DNA from: Lentisphaerota bacterium
Lineage (GTDB): Bacteria > Verrucomicrobiota > Kiritimatiellia > UBA8416 > VGWJ01
DNA length: 64,000 nucleotides
Direction: 5' to 3'
Assembly: GCA_016873635.1 (NCBI GenBank)
Contig: VGWJ01000007.1
Coordinates: 4,908-68,907, forward strand
Shown here: piece by piece, positions 17,791 through 26,659 of the stretch
How the letters are laid out: every line of letters starts with the position of its first letter
Numbering within the stretch: the stretch's first letter is position 1
Program-made: the position numbers and the translations under genes
The notes under the pieces: generated by a model
What the model was told of the DNA's origin: nothing
What the model saw: only the letters and a program-made list of their open reading frames with translations
The model's database searches: none

Positions 17791-18579
17791 TCATGCCTCT
17801 CCCCGAATCGGGTTGCGCAGGACGCCGATCCCTTCCACCTCCACCTCGAACACATCGCCGGGCTTGAGGTATACCGGAGGCTTGCGGGCAAACCCGACTC
17901 CGGCCGGCGTCCCGGTCAGCAGCAGCGTGCCCGGCAGCAGCGTCATGCCGCGCGAGAGGTGGCTGATCAGGAACGGGATGCTGAAGATCATCAGCGAGGT
18001 GGAAGCATCCTGCATGGTCTGGCCGTTCAGCCGGCCCTGGACCCGCACGTTGAGCGGATTCAGATCCGTCTCCAGCCACGGTCCGATCGGACAGAAGGTC
18101 TCGAACGACTTGGCGCGGCACCATTGGCCGTCGCCGCGCTGGCAATCCCGGGCGCTGACGTCGTGGGCGCAGGTGTAGCCGAGCACATATTTCAGCGCTT
18201 CGCTCTCCGGCACATGCCGGGCCGTCTTGCCGATCACCAGGGCCAGTTCAGCCTCGTAGTCCACCTCGGCCGGGGCGATCTTCGGGATCAGCACGGGTTC
18301 GTCCGGCCCGATGACCGCCGTGGTGGTCTTCATGAACAGGATCGGCGCCTTGGGCAGATTGGCGCCGCCCTCTTCGACATGCGCCTTGTAGTTCTGGCCG
18401 ATGCACAACACGTTCACCGGCTCGACCGGCGCCAACAGCTTCACGCCCGCCAGCGGCACGGTGGCGTCCGTCCGCTTCAAACCCCTGATCGGATCACCCG
18501 CGGCCACCGCGATCGCCTCGCCTTCGATCATTCCATACCGCGTCGCGCCCGTCCCCTTCTTGAACCGTACGATTTTCAT
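17791..18579 (-). CDS. fumarylacetoacetate hydrolase (FAH) family protein (2-keto-4-pentenoate hydratase / diketo-deoxy-sugar-acid hydrolase type)
   Basis: 262-aa ORF. It shows the typical FAH-domain pattern (DYEAELALVIGK, GDGQWCRAKSFETFCPIGPW, LLLTGTPAGVG). Confidence 0.85.
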   Translation of the reverse strand: MKIVRFKKGTGATRYGMIEGEAIAVAAGDPIRGLKRTDATVPLAGVKLLAPVEPVNVLCIGQNYKAHVEEGGANLPKAPILFMKTTTAVIGPDEPVLIPKIAPAEVDYEAELALVIGKTARHVPESEALKYVLGYTCAHDVSARDCQRGDGQWCRAKSFETFCPIGPWLETDLNPLNVRVQGRLNGQTMQDASTSLMIFSIPFLISHLSRGMTLLPGTLLLTGTPAGVGFARKPPVYLKPGDVFEVEVEGIGVLRNPIRGEA

Positions 18580-18624
18580 TCCGTCTCCTGCTTTTGTTTA
18601 TTGCCTGCCCAATCGTGTGCCCGC

Positions 18625-19482
18625 TCAATTCGTCCCGTCCCACATCCGGTGATACCGCTCGATTCCAAGCAGTTCGTTCAGCGAGCGATACGTCATCATG
18701 TTGCGAAATTCCTTGCCGGTATCGCCGCTTTCCCGCAGGTCCGCCATAAGCCGATCAAGAGTGCCCGCCGTCGCCAGAATGCTGGAAATGGGATGAATCG
18801 CCACGGAGTAGCCCATGGCCTTCAAATCCTCCGCGCGCGTGCGCGCCGGGGCATTGACTTCCACGATGCTGCCGACGAGCTTGCCGCGAACGCCTTCCCG
18901 GATGCGGCGGAAATCCTCCGGCAGGCTGACTCCGTCCACAAACAGGAGATCCACGCCGGTTTCAGCATAGAGGTTGGCGCGCCGGATTGCCTCGTCCACA
19001 CCGTTCACCCGGAACGCGTCGGTACGTCCGATAATCAGCATGTCGCCCGCGCCCCGCGTGTTCACGGCCACGCGGAGTTTCGAGGCCATGGCTTCGGCCT
19101 CGATCAGGCGCACGCCGCTCGTCTGCCCGCAACGCTTCGGACTGGCCTGATCCTCCAGATGGATGGCCGCCACGCCGGCCTGCTGGTAGGCCTGCACGGT
19201 ACGATCCACATTGGACAGCCCGCCGTAGCCGGTGTCGGCGTCGGCGATCACGGGAATCTTCACGGCGGAGACGATCAGATCCGCCTGCCGGACCATTTCG
19301 GCCATGCCCAGGAGTTCCAGGTCGGGCCGCGCGAGCAGCGAAGCCGTGACCGCCAGCCCGCTCATGTAGACGGCGCCGAACCCGTGCTGCTCCGCGATAC
19401 GCGCACTCAGCGCGTCGTAGCAGCCCGGCGCCACCACAAACGTCCGCGCCTCCAGTGCGTTGCGCAATCCGTTTTTTGTCAT
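18625..19482 (-). CDS. isocitrate lyase/PEP mutase superfamily protein (methylisocitrate lyase / carboxyvinyl-carboxyphosphonate phosphorylmutase-like)
   Basis: 285-aa ORF with VAPGCYDALSARI, IPVIADADTGYGG and AAIHLEDQASPKRCG, all typical of the ICL/PEPM fold. Confidence 0.85.
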   Translation of the reverse strand: MTKNGLRNALEARTFVVAPGCYDALSARIAEQHGFGAVYMSGLAVTASLLARPDLELLGMAEMVRQADLIVSAVKIPVIADADTGYGGLSNVDRTVQAYQQAGVAAIHLEDQASPKRCGQTSGVRLIEAEAMASKLRVAVNTRGAGDMLIIGRTDAFRVNGVDEAIRRANLYAETGVDLLFVDGVSLPEDFRRIREGVRGKLVGSIVEVNAPARTRAEDLKAMGYSVAIHPISSILATAGTLDRLMADLRESGDTGKEFRNMMTYRSLNELLGIERYHRMWDGTN

Positions 19483-19498
19483 TTTGATTCTCCTTCTT

Positions 19499-19570
19499 CA
19501 GGTTTCAGGTGTCACTTGCTCAGAAACAAGCACGACTCGCTGCCTCGCTGAAACCTGAAACCCGACACCT
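19499..19570 (-). promoter_or_regulatory. intercistronic heptad-repeat / stem-loop element (site A)
   Basis: On the plus strand, 19550-19570 reads GAAACCT GAAACCC GACACCT. An inverted copy, CAGGTTTCAGGTGTC, lies at 19499-19513. The arms can pair (~12 of 14) around a ~35-nt loop. The element sits between the LarA-like stop and the ICL/PEPM start. See site B at 21685-21712. Confidence 0.45.
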
Positions 19571-19575
19571 TCCCC

Positions 19576-20838
19576 CTACCCCTGCCCGCCGTCGTTTACC
19601 ACCGGCGCGATGTACGCGCCCTTGGGCAGACACAGGATGCCGGCGTCCTTCCCGTGGATCGCCATGGCCTTTTCGATCGCCTCCTCCACGCTCTTCACGG
19701 GCACGAAGCCGAACTCCTTCACCTGATCCGGCGGCAACGACGACTTCAGGAATATCTCCGAGGCCTTCTCCATCCCGGAATGCAGGATGTCGGCCATGAA
19801 GTGAACGCTCTCGCCCGCCTCCACCCGCTTGAAGAACTCGTCGGAATCCATCCGCAGGAAATGATCCAGCTCCTTGTCGCCGACGCCGTCCTTGCAGTCC
19901 GCCACCAGGATCACGCACCCCCCGCGCTTCATCACCAGATACGACTGCTGGTACGCCTTGAGCGACTGGAACACGGTGTCGTCAGCGGGGCTTCCCCCGG
20001 CCGATGTGATGACGATTTCCGGCCGGCGGGCCAGCGGAACCGTGTAATGCTTCTGCGCAAACCGAACCCCCTCCATCCACGCCTGGACCAGGTCGCCGGC
20101 CACGGCCTTGATGATCTGGAGTTTCAGGTTCAGCACCACGTTCGCGATGAAATGCACCTTGGCCAGGTGCGCCGCCTCCAGGGCGTCGTCGTGCATCACG
20201 TTGTGCTCGATGTTCCCGAAGTTGGCCTTGGTGATCCACGCGTGCCGGTGGTTGAAGTAGATCGTGTTCCGGCCGGCCACCGCCGGCAGCACGCTCTTCC
20301 GTCCGCCCGAGAAGCCGAAGCCGATGATCCCGATCTGGCCGGTCAGCACCCTGACATCCGCCTGCGCGAAGATCCGGTTGACCCAGACCGCGTTGCCGCG
20401 CGACGTCATCCCCAGGAACACCAGATTGTCCTTGTCGTCCATGTTGTGGTTGACCACCCGGTACCGCGCCGTGATGTCCTTTCCCAGCAGGCGGTCCATT
20501 TCCTCCCGCGTGCAGGGCCGGTGGGTGCCGCAGCCCATGATGATGGTGATATCCTCGTCGCGGACGCCGGCTTCCGCAAGTTCCGACAGGACCGCCGGCA
20601 CAACCTTGTAGCCGATGGTCGGTCGGGCGTAGTCGTCGGTCACGATCGCCACGGTATCGCCCGGTCTGGCGATCTTGCTCAGGCGTTTCGATCCGATGGG
20701 GTTGTGCACCGCCTGGCGCACCATCTCCATCTCGTCGCCGGCCTCGGGGATGTCGCCGGGCTCCACGACGGCCAGCACGTTCGCCTTTCGGCACGTGACA
20801 CTGATCTCTCCCTTGCCGTAGCGGAAGGGTATTTTCAT
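19576..20838 (-). CDS. LarA-like protein (nickel-pincer-dependent 2-hydroxyacid racemase/epimerase superfamily, DUF2088)
   Basis: The ORF 19576-20883 has a GTG at 20883, but I prefer the ATG at 20838 (MKIPFRYGKGEI...). LarA-like motifs are present: IIMGCGTHRPCT, GFGFSGGRKSVLPAV and NHRH. Confidence 0.8.
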   Translation of the reverse strand: MKIPFRYGKGEISVTCRKANVLAVVEPGDIPEAGDEMEMVRQAVHNPIGSKRLSKIARPGDTVAIVTDDYARPTIGYKVVPAVLSELAEAGVRDEDITIIMGCGTHRPCTREEMDRLLGKDITARYRVVNHNMDDKDNLVFLGMTSRGNAVWVNRIFAQADVRVLTGQIGIIGFGFSGGRKSVLPAVAGRNTIYFNHRHAWITKANFGNIEHNVMHDDALEAAHLAKVHFIANVVLNLKLQIIKAVAGDLVQAWMEGVRFAQKHYTVPLARRPEIVITSAGGSPADDTVFQSLKAYQQSYLVMKRGGCVILVADCKDGVGDKELDHFLRMDSDEFFKRVEAGESVHFMADILHSGMEKASEIFLKSSLPPDQVKEFGFVPVKSVEEAIEKAMAIHGKDAGILCLPKGAYIAPVVNDGGQG

Positions 20839-20876
20839 CGTTGGCGTGGTTGTTCCTTTCCTCTTGTCTTTCAAGC

Positions 20877-21662
20877 TCACCACACGGTGTATCCGCCATC
20901 CATCACCAGCGTGCCGCCCGTCATGAACGACGAGGCGTCGGACGCCAGGAAAACGATGGCGCCCTTCAACTCGTCAATACGGCCGTAGCGCTTCATCGGC
21001 GTGTTCTCGATATTGCGCTTGAGCGCCTCGGGAATCGCCGCTGTGGCCGCGGTCTGCTGCGTGTGAATATAGCCGGGCGCCAGCGTGTTCACACGAATGT
21101 TCCGCGGCGCCCACTGGGCGGCCATGCTCTTGCTCAGATTCTCGACGGCCGCCTTGGCGGCGCAGTACGCCGCGTTGTAGCGCGGGGCGATGTTGCTGAT
21201 GACGTGCGCGTTGATCGAGGCGATGTTGATGATGCTGCCGCCCGCGCCGGCTGCCGCCATCCGCGCCGCCGCCCGCTTGGCGACGTAGAAGACGCTCGCC
21301 AGGTTCGTCTCCAGGATCTCCCGCCAGAGCCTGTCGTCCAGGTCGGCCAGGGCGCACCCCTCCGACGGCCGCGCGGCGTTGTTGACAAGGATGCGAACCG
21401 GCCCCAGATTGGCCTCGACGTCTCGGATGAACCCGTCGATCTCGTCAGCGGCGGTCACATTGACCTTGCCGAACAACGCCTTTACTCCCAGAGATTCCAG
21501 CTCCCGCCGCGTCTGCCCGCCCTCGGCCTCCAGCAGATCGCAGATCGCAACGTCGGCCCCGGCTTCGGCCAGCGCCAGTGCGTGCTGGCGTCCCAGCCCG
21601 CGCGCGCCGCCCGTGACGATCGCCACACGGCCCTTCAGACTGAAGGCATCCAGTACGTTCAT
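20877..21662 (-). CDS. SDR-family oxidoreductase (KduD / 2-keto-3-deoxy-sugar-acid dehydrogenase-like)
   Basis: The ORF is trimmed to ATG 21662 (MNVLDAFSLKGRVAIVTGGARGLG), which has a GGGGAG RBS. It has the TGxxxGxG motif and YCAAK (the catalytic YxxxK). Confidence 0.88.
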   Translation of the reverse strand: MNVLDAFSLKGRVAIVTGGARGLGRQHALALAEAGADVAICDLLEAEGGQTRRELESLGVKALFGKVNVTAADEIDGFIRDVEANLGPVRILVNNAARPSEGCALADLDDRLWREILETNLASVFYVAKRAAARMAAAGAGGSIINIASINAHVISNIAPRYNAAYCAAKAAVENLSKSMAAQWAPRNIRVNTLAPGYIHTQQTAATAAIPEALKRNIENTPMKRYGRIDELKGAIVFLASDASSFMTGGTLVMDGGYTVW

Positions 21663-21684
21663 GTTTTCTCCCCAGAGGTTTCCT

Positions 21685-21712
21685 GAAACCTGAAACCTGA
21701 CACCCGACACCT
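21685..21712 (-). promoter_or_regulatory. intercistronic heptad-repeat element (site B)
   Basis: Four tandem heptads, GAAACCT GAAACCT GACACCC GACACCT. They are immediately preceded by AGGTTTC (21677-21683), which can pair with a GAAACCT unit. The element lies between the transaldolase-like stop (21718) and the SDR RBS/ATG (21662). Confidence 0.45.
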
Positions 21713-21717
21713 CATTT

Positions 21718-22386
21718 CTACTCCGGCCAAGTCTTCTCCCCGAACACGCCCTTCCAGTCGGCCATGAAACCATTCAGTCGCTGCTCGGTGTAGGGATGAT
21801 CGAAAAGCAGTTTCATGAACTCGAACCGCAGGGTGCAGATATCCGTGCCCGCCACCGCAAACTGGCCAAAGGCGCGGGGAAACCGGCCGCACGACAGGAC
21901 CTTGGTCTTGAACCCGTAGTTGGCATAGATCCGTTTCACCGGACCCACCATATCCACTTCCTGGTCCTGCGCCAAGTCAAGGGGGCCGTTGAAGAGCGCC
22001 ACAATGTCGGCCCCGAACTTCCCCGCCAGGTACGCCTGGGACAAGGAACACACAAGTGTGATGGCTACCTTCATATTCGGAGTCTCGCGCTTGAGTTCCC
22101 GCAGCGCGCGGAAGCCAGCCGGGCTCGGCGGCAGTTTGGCGACGATCTTCTCCGAGACCTTGTGCAGCCAGCGCGCCTGCGCCTTCAGCGGCTCCGCCTC
22201 GCGCGCCCCGATGGCCTGACAAAGCACGACGCCCGGCGACGCGTCAACCACCCTCCGCAGGGTCGCCTGCATGTCCGGCCCGCCCTTGCTGATGAGCGTC
22301 GGATTTGTCGTGACGCCGTCAATCAATCCCCACTCGCGCGCCTGCCGGATTTCGTCCGGGCTCGAACTGTCAATGAACACCTGCAT
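21718..22386 (-). CDS. transaldolase / fructose-6-phosphate aldolase family protein (type 3B, divergent)
   Basis: 222-aa ORF with MQVFIDSSSPDEIRQAREWGLIDGVTTNPTLI, typical of TalC/FSA. A candidate Schiff-base Lys lies in VAKLP. Confidence 0.8.
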   Translation of the reverse strand: MQVFIDSSSPDEIRQAREWGLIDGVTTNPTLISKGGPDMQATLRRVVDASPGVVLCQAIGAREAEPLKAQARWLHKVSEKIVAKLPPSPAGFRALRELKRETPNMKVAITLVCSLSQAYLAGKFGADIVALFNGPLDLAQDQEVDMVGPVKRIYANYGFKTKVLSCGRFPRAFGQFAVAGTDICTLRFEFMKLLFDHPYTEQRLNGFMADWKGVFGEKTWPE

Positions 22387-22408
22387 GCCAACCTTCCTTT
22401 CCTCTCCG

Positions 22409-23854
22409 CTAGCGAAACTTCACGTACACGGCCTTGTGCCGGGTGAAGAACTCGACCCCCATCTTCCCCGCCTCCGGCAATCCGACGCCGGACTGCTTGA
22501 TGCCGCCAAAGGGAAGCTGGGGTTCCTTGAACGCCGTCGGCAGGTTCACATGCGTCAACCCCACGTCGGTCGCCTCGACAAACCGCAGCGCCTTCTCCAG
22601 CGAAGTTGTAAACACCGACGAACTCAGGCCGAACGCCACGGCGTTCGCCAGGCGCACCGCCTCCTCGAAGCCATCGACCTTCATCAGGCAAAGTACCGGC
22701 CCGAAGATCTCCTCGCGGGCAATGACCATCTCCGGTCTGACCCCGGTGAACACAGTGGGTTCAATGAAGCACCCCGGCCCCTCTTGCCGGCGCCCGCCGG
22801 CAACCAGGGTCGCACCCTCGCGCTTTCCGATCTCGATGTACTTAAGTATGTCACGCACCTGCTGTTCGCCGCAGACCGGGCCCATCGTCGTCGCCGGATC
22901 CGCGCCGTCGCCGACCTTCACCCTCTCAACGCGGCGGAGCACCTCCTGCTGAAAGCGCTCATACACCGGCGCCTCGACGATTGCGCGGCTTGTGGAGGTG
23001 CACCATTGCCCGGCGCACGCGTACGCTGCCAGCACCACGGCATCCGCCGCCGCCGCCAGGTCCGCGTCGGTCAGAACCACCGCCGGGTTCTTGCCGCCCA
23101 TTTCAAGCTGGGTGCGCGCCAGCGTGGCCGCCGCCTTCTGATGGATTCCCATGCCCACCGGCGTGGAACCCGTGAAGGAAATCGCCTTGATGTGCGGATT
23201 GACGACCAGTTCGTCGCCCGCCGTGCTTCCCGGGCCGGTGATGAAGTTGAGCACCCCGCGCGGCAGTCCGGCTTCGGCCAACGCTTCCACGAAGAGGGCG
23301 GCGGTGCGCGGCGTGAGGCTGGCCGGCTTGAGCACGACCGTGTTGCCGGTGATAAGCGCCGGCACACACTTGCGGCAGATGACATTGAAGGGAAAGTTCC
23401 AGGGGCTGATCACGCTCACGACGCCCAGCGGCTGGCGAATCGAATAGGCAAACACGCCGTCGCGTTCCGCCGGAACAGTTTCGCCGTACAGGCGCCGCCC
23501 TTCGCCGATCTGCCAGTCCATTTCCTTGATCGCCGCCGCCACCTCGATCCGGGATTCGGCCAGGGTCTTCCCGTTCTCCCGCGTGATGGATGCGGCGATT
23601 TCCTCCTGGCGGCGTATCAACACCGCCTGCGCGCGAATCAGGAACTCGGCCCGCCTGGGCGCCGTCGTTGCCGCCCAGCCCGCCTGCGCTGCTTCCGCCG
23701 CCGCAATCGCCGCGCGGGCATCCTCCCGGCCGGACTGCTGGAACCGGCACGTCACCTGCGTCAGGTCCACCGGATTGCGCTGTTCCGCGTCGGCGCCCGT
23801 CGCGGCGGTGACCCACTCACCGTTGATGAAGTTCTTCAGCACAACTGCGATCAT
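22409..23854 (-). CDS. NAD(P)-dependent aldehyde dehydrogenase
   Basis: The ORF is trimmed to ATG 23854 (MIAVVLKNFINGEWV), which has an AAGGAG RBS. ALDH signatures are present: FTGSTPVG, ELGGKNP and the catalytic Cys region CAGQWCTSTSR. Confidence 0.9.
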   Translation of the reverse strand: MIAVVLKNFINGEWVTAATGADAEQRNPVDLTQVTCRFQQSGREDARAAIAAAEAAQAGWAATTAPRRAEFLIRAQAVLIRRQEEIAASITRENGKTLAESRIEVAAAIKEMDWQIGEGRRLYGETVPAERDGVFAYSIRQPLGVVSVISPWNFPFNVICRKCVPALITGNTVVLKPASLTPRTAALFVEALAEAGLPRGVLNFITGPGSTAGDELVVNPHIKAISFTGSTPVGMGIHQKAAATLARTQLEMGGKNPAVVLTDADLAAAADAVVLAAYACAGQWCTSTSRAIVEAPVYERFQQEVLRRVERVKVGDGADPATTMGPVCGEQQVRDILKYIEIGKREGATLVAGGRRQEGPGCFIEPTVFTGVRPEMVIAREEIFGPVLCLMKVDGFEEAVRLANAVAFGLSSSVFTTSLEKALRFVEATDVGLTHVNLPTAFKEPQLPFGGIKQSGVGLPEAGKMGVEFFTRHKAVYVKFR

Positions 23855-23865
23855 CTCCGACTCCT

Positions 23866-25575
23866 TTAGAACAAGTCCTTCGCCAGTTCGCACAGGCGCG
23901 CCGCCACGCGCCGTTCGTAATCCCGCTGGAACGCGCCCGGCAGGGCGTAGAAGCGGTCGCGGTGCAGGAAACGCCCGTTCGGGGCCCGCCGCCCCACGAA
24001 GGCGAAACTATAGTGATGAAACACCTGACCGCGCGCCGACGGCTTCCCGCCTGCCGCCGCATCCGTGCGAAGACAGTCCGCCGCGAACACAGAGCCTGCA
24101 GTCGCTTCCCGCCGCGCGTAGGCTTGCGCATCCTCGCACCATTCCCGGAAGAGCCGCGCATCGTGATCCGCCAACGTATCCGCGAACAGCAATTGCAGCG
24201 ACGGCGAGATCTTGTAGTGCAGCCGGCCGCCGGTCGCGCGGCGGATCGCCTGCCGCACCGGGCGGGAAAGATCGTCGGCGGAATGGACATCGAGCATCAC
24301 GCCGAACCCGTCGGCGATGGCGATCTGTTCCCGCATGCGTTTCTCAAGGCCGTTCAACCCGTCGGGGCAGCGGTAGTCCCAGCCCTTTTCCTGGCCGAAA
24401 TTCGGAGCCACGTACGTTACGGGCAGTCCCCGCCGCCGGATCTCGCGCAGGACAAACAGGAGTTCCTCTGCGGTCGTCAGACAGTCGAACGCGGCCACTT
24501 CCGGCGGATGCTCATCAATCGTGAACTCAAGATCGAACGTTTCGCCGCCTTTGAGCCCGCTGATGCTGTCCGCCAGCTCCGCCAGCGCGTCCAGCGCATC
24601 CCAGTACTTGGCGATCAGCCGCCCGATGGTCCGGTCAGCGAGGACATACCGGTGCTTTCCCATCCGCACCGGTTCCCGGTGGTACGCCAGCACCATCCGC
24701 CGCTCGGCGGCGTTGGACAAGCGGCGTTCGCGCCCGCTGTAGTCCAGCACATCCGCCATGTCGAGCGTGAAGAACGTATAGTAGCGCGCCGCCTGCGCCA
24801 AACGCCGTGCGCGGGCCAACCCGCTTGCGCCGCGCTTGACTTGCAGGTGATCGGCATCGGCGCCATAGCGCAGGGCGTGTTCCGAATGGAGCGCGGCCAG
24901 CACACCGGATACCCAGAGGCCCTCCCAGGTGCTGCCGGTATACCCGGTTTCGATCGTCCCGAAGCCGCAGGCATAATTCTTCGGTGCCGGCCGCCCCGCC
25001 AGAATATCGGCCAGCAGATTCAACTCCCGCACCGAGTTCTGGATCGTGTTCGCCGCAAACCCGCCTCGCCGCATCGCCTCAAACGCGCCGGGCCACAGTA
25101 GCGTGGTCATACGCGAACCAATACCGAGGCGGGGCGTCGCCCCCAGCGCGCGCGGGCGGTTGAGCGGGCGCAGCACCCGGCAATAGCGGTCAAGGATCGC
25201 CGCATCGGTCGGATACGCTGCCACGCGCAAACCGCTCTTCAGCGTCATTTCGCCCAGCGGCTCGCCAAGCGCCGCGCCCCCGCGGCCGAGTTCCACGAAC
25301 ACCTGCTGACCGTCCGGCAGACGAACGAGATCGAAAACCGCCGCGCCGCGCCGGACCCCCGCGCCCGAGCTGGCGCAGTGTTTGGCCCATTGCTCGCCCT
25401 TGCCGCGCACCGCCCGCCACGCAGCGGCACGGTCCCAGGTCGCGGTGTCGAGCACCGCCGGGTTGCGCGCGGCATCGAACGGGAACTGACGTGCCTTTAT
25501 GCTTGGCCATTGGCGGCCGAAGCCGGCCGCCCTCGTTTGTCGCAGCGCGCAATGTGTTCCGTTCGTTCCGCTCAT
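23866..25575 (-). CDS. TIM-barrel sugar-acid epimerase-like protein (tagaturonate/fructuronate epimerase UxaE-like)
   Basis: ~569-aa ORF. ATG 25573-25575 overlaps the upstream TGA by 1 nt. It resembles the UxaE family as I remember it (YGADADHLQVK, YYTFFTLDMADVL, LDVHSADDLS, LHYKISPS). This assignment comes from memory only. Confidence 0.5.
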   Translation of the reverse strand: MSGTNGTHCALRQTRAAGFGRQWPSIKARQFPFDAARNPAVLDTATWDRAAAWRAVRGKGEQWAKHCASSGAGVRRGAAVFDLVRLPDGQQVFVELGRGGAALGEPLGEMTLKSGLRVAAYPTDAAILDRYCRVLRPLNRPRALGATPRLGIGSRMTTLLWPGAFEAMRRGGFAANTIQNSVRELNLLADILAGRPAPKNYACGFGTIETGYTGSTWEGLWVSGVLAALHSEHALRYGADADHLQVKRGASGLARARRLAQAARYYTFFTLDMADVLDYSGRERRLSNAAERRMVLAYHREPVRMGKHRYVLADRTIGRLIAKYWDALDALAELADSISGLKGGETFDLEFTIDEHPPEVAAFDCLTTAEELLFVLREIRRRGLPVTYVAPNFGQEKGWDYRCPDGLNGLEKRMREQIAIADGFGVMLDVHSADDLSRPVRQAIRRATGGRLHYKISPSLQLLFADTLADHDARLFREWCEDAQAYARREATAGSVFAADCLRTDAAAGGKPSARGQVFHHYSFAFVGRRAPNGRFLHRDRFYALPGAFQRDYERRVAARLCELAKDLF

Positions 25576-26549
25576 CACACCAAAACCCCATTCACCACAT
25601 TCACCAGCGGCTCTCCCTTGATGCGGCGGGCCACGGCGTGAGCCACGTCTTCGCGGAGCTTTTTCACCGCCTGCGGCGAGACCGAGGCGATATGGCTGGT
25701 GATGATGACGTTATCCATCTTCAAAAGCGGGCTGTCGGTGTTGATCGGCTCGGGATCGCACACGTCCAGCGCCGCGGCGGAGATGTGCCCGCTCTGGAGC
25801 GCGGCGACCAGGTCCGGCGTCTTGCAGAGCGTGCCGCGCGAGGCGTTCACGAAGATCACGCCCTTCTTCATCTTGGCGATGCTTCCGGCGTTGATCATGT
25901 ACTTCGTCTGCTCGGTGCTCGGGCAGTGAAGGGAGATCAGGTCGCTTTGCGCGTAAAGGCTGTCCAGCGTCACCGGCTCGCAGCCCGCGGCGCGGATTTT
26001 GTCAGCGCTCAGCGCCGGATCGAACCCCACCACGCGGCACTTGAACGGCTTCAGCCGGTTGACCACCTCGCGGCCGATGCGGCCGAGCGCCACGATGCCC
26101 ACCGTCATGTGCTTGAGGGCGTGCAGCGCCGTCAGGGGCACCGGCAGTTTCCACTGGCCGGCCTTGATGACGTTGGCGCAGGGAACGGTCTGCCGCGTCG
26201 CCGCCAGGATCAGCGCCAGCGTGTGGTCCGCCACCTCGTCAATACAGTAGTCCGGCACGTTGCAGACCGGAATGCCCTTGGCGGCGGCGGCCTTGAGGTC
26301 CACGTTGTCCACGCCGATCCCGTAGCGCACGATGATCCGCGCTTTTTTCATGGCCCCGATGACCTTGGCGGTAACCGGCGCGAACTGGGTGATGATGTAG
26401 TCGGCGTCGCCGACTCTCGCCGCGAGGCCGTCCTCGGTCTTGTCGGTGCTGAGCGTCACCTCGGAGCCGAGCGGTTTAAGGATGGATTCCTCGATATCGA
26501 TCGGCGGGGTGGCAAAATCAGTCACCAGTGTTTTCGATACGGTCTGCAT
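25575..26549 (-). CDS. D-isomer-specific 2-hydroxyacid dehydrogenase family protein
   Basis: 324-aa ORF. It has the NAD-binding VGIVALGRIGREV, plus FVNASRG and SHIAS (the catalytic His region). Confidence 0.9.
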   Translation of the reverse strand: MQTVSKTLVTDFATPPIDIEESILKPLGSEVTLSTDKTEDGLAARVGDADYIITQFAPVTAKVIGAMKKARIIVRYGIGVDNVDLKAAAAKGIPVCNVPDYCIDEVADHTLALILAATRQTVPCANVIKAGQWKLPVPLTALHALKHMTVGIVALGRIGREVVNRLKPFKCRVVGFDPALSADKIRAAGCEPVTLDSLYAQSDLISLHCPSTEQTKYMINAGSIAKMKKGVIFVNASRGTLCKTPDLVAALQSGHISAAALDVCDPEPINTDSPLLKMDNVIITSHIASVSPQAVKKLREDVAHAVARRIKGEPLVNVVNGVLV

Positions 26550-26587
26550 AGTCTGTCCTTTCTTGATTTACACTAACCACAACATCT

Positions 26588-26657
26588 GGCGGCCAAGAAC
26601 GGCCGCCCGCTGTCATCGCGGTGCGTCTGTCACCGCGGTGCGCCATTATTGGCGCAC
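26588..26657 (-). terminator. three consecutive GC-rich hairpins after the small secreted ORF
   Basis: GTGCGCCA-ttat-TGGCGCAC lies at 26638-26657, starting 3 nt after the stop. CGCGGTG-n7-CACCGCG lies at 26617-26637, and GGCGGCC-aagaac-GGCCGCC at 26588-26607. No U-tract follows, so terminator function is uncertain. Confidence 0.3.
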
Positions 26658-26659
26658 AC

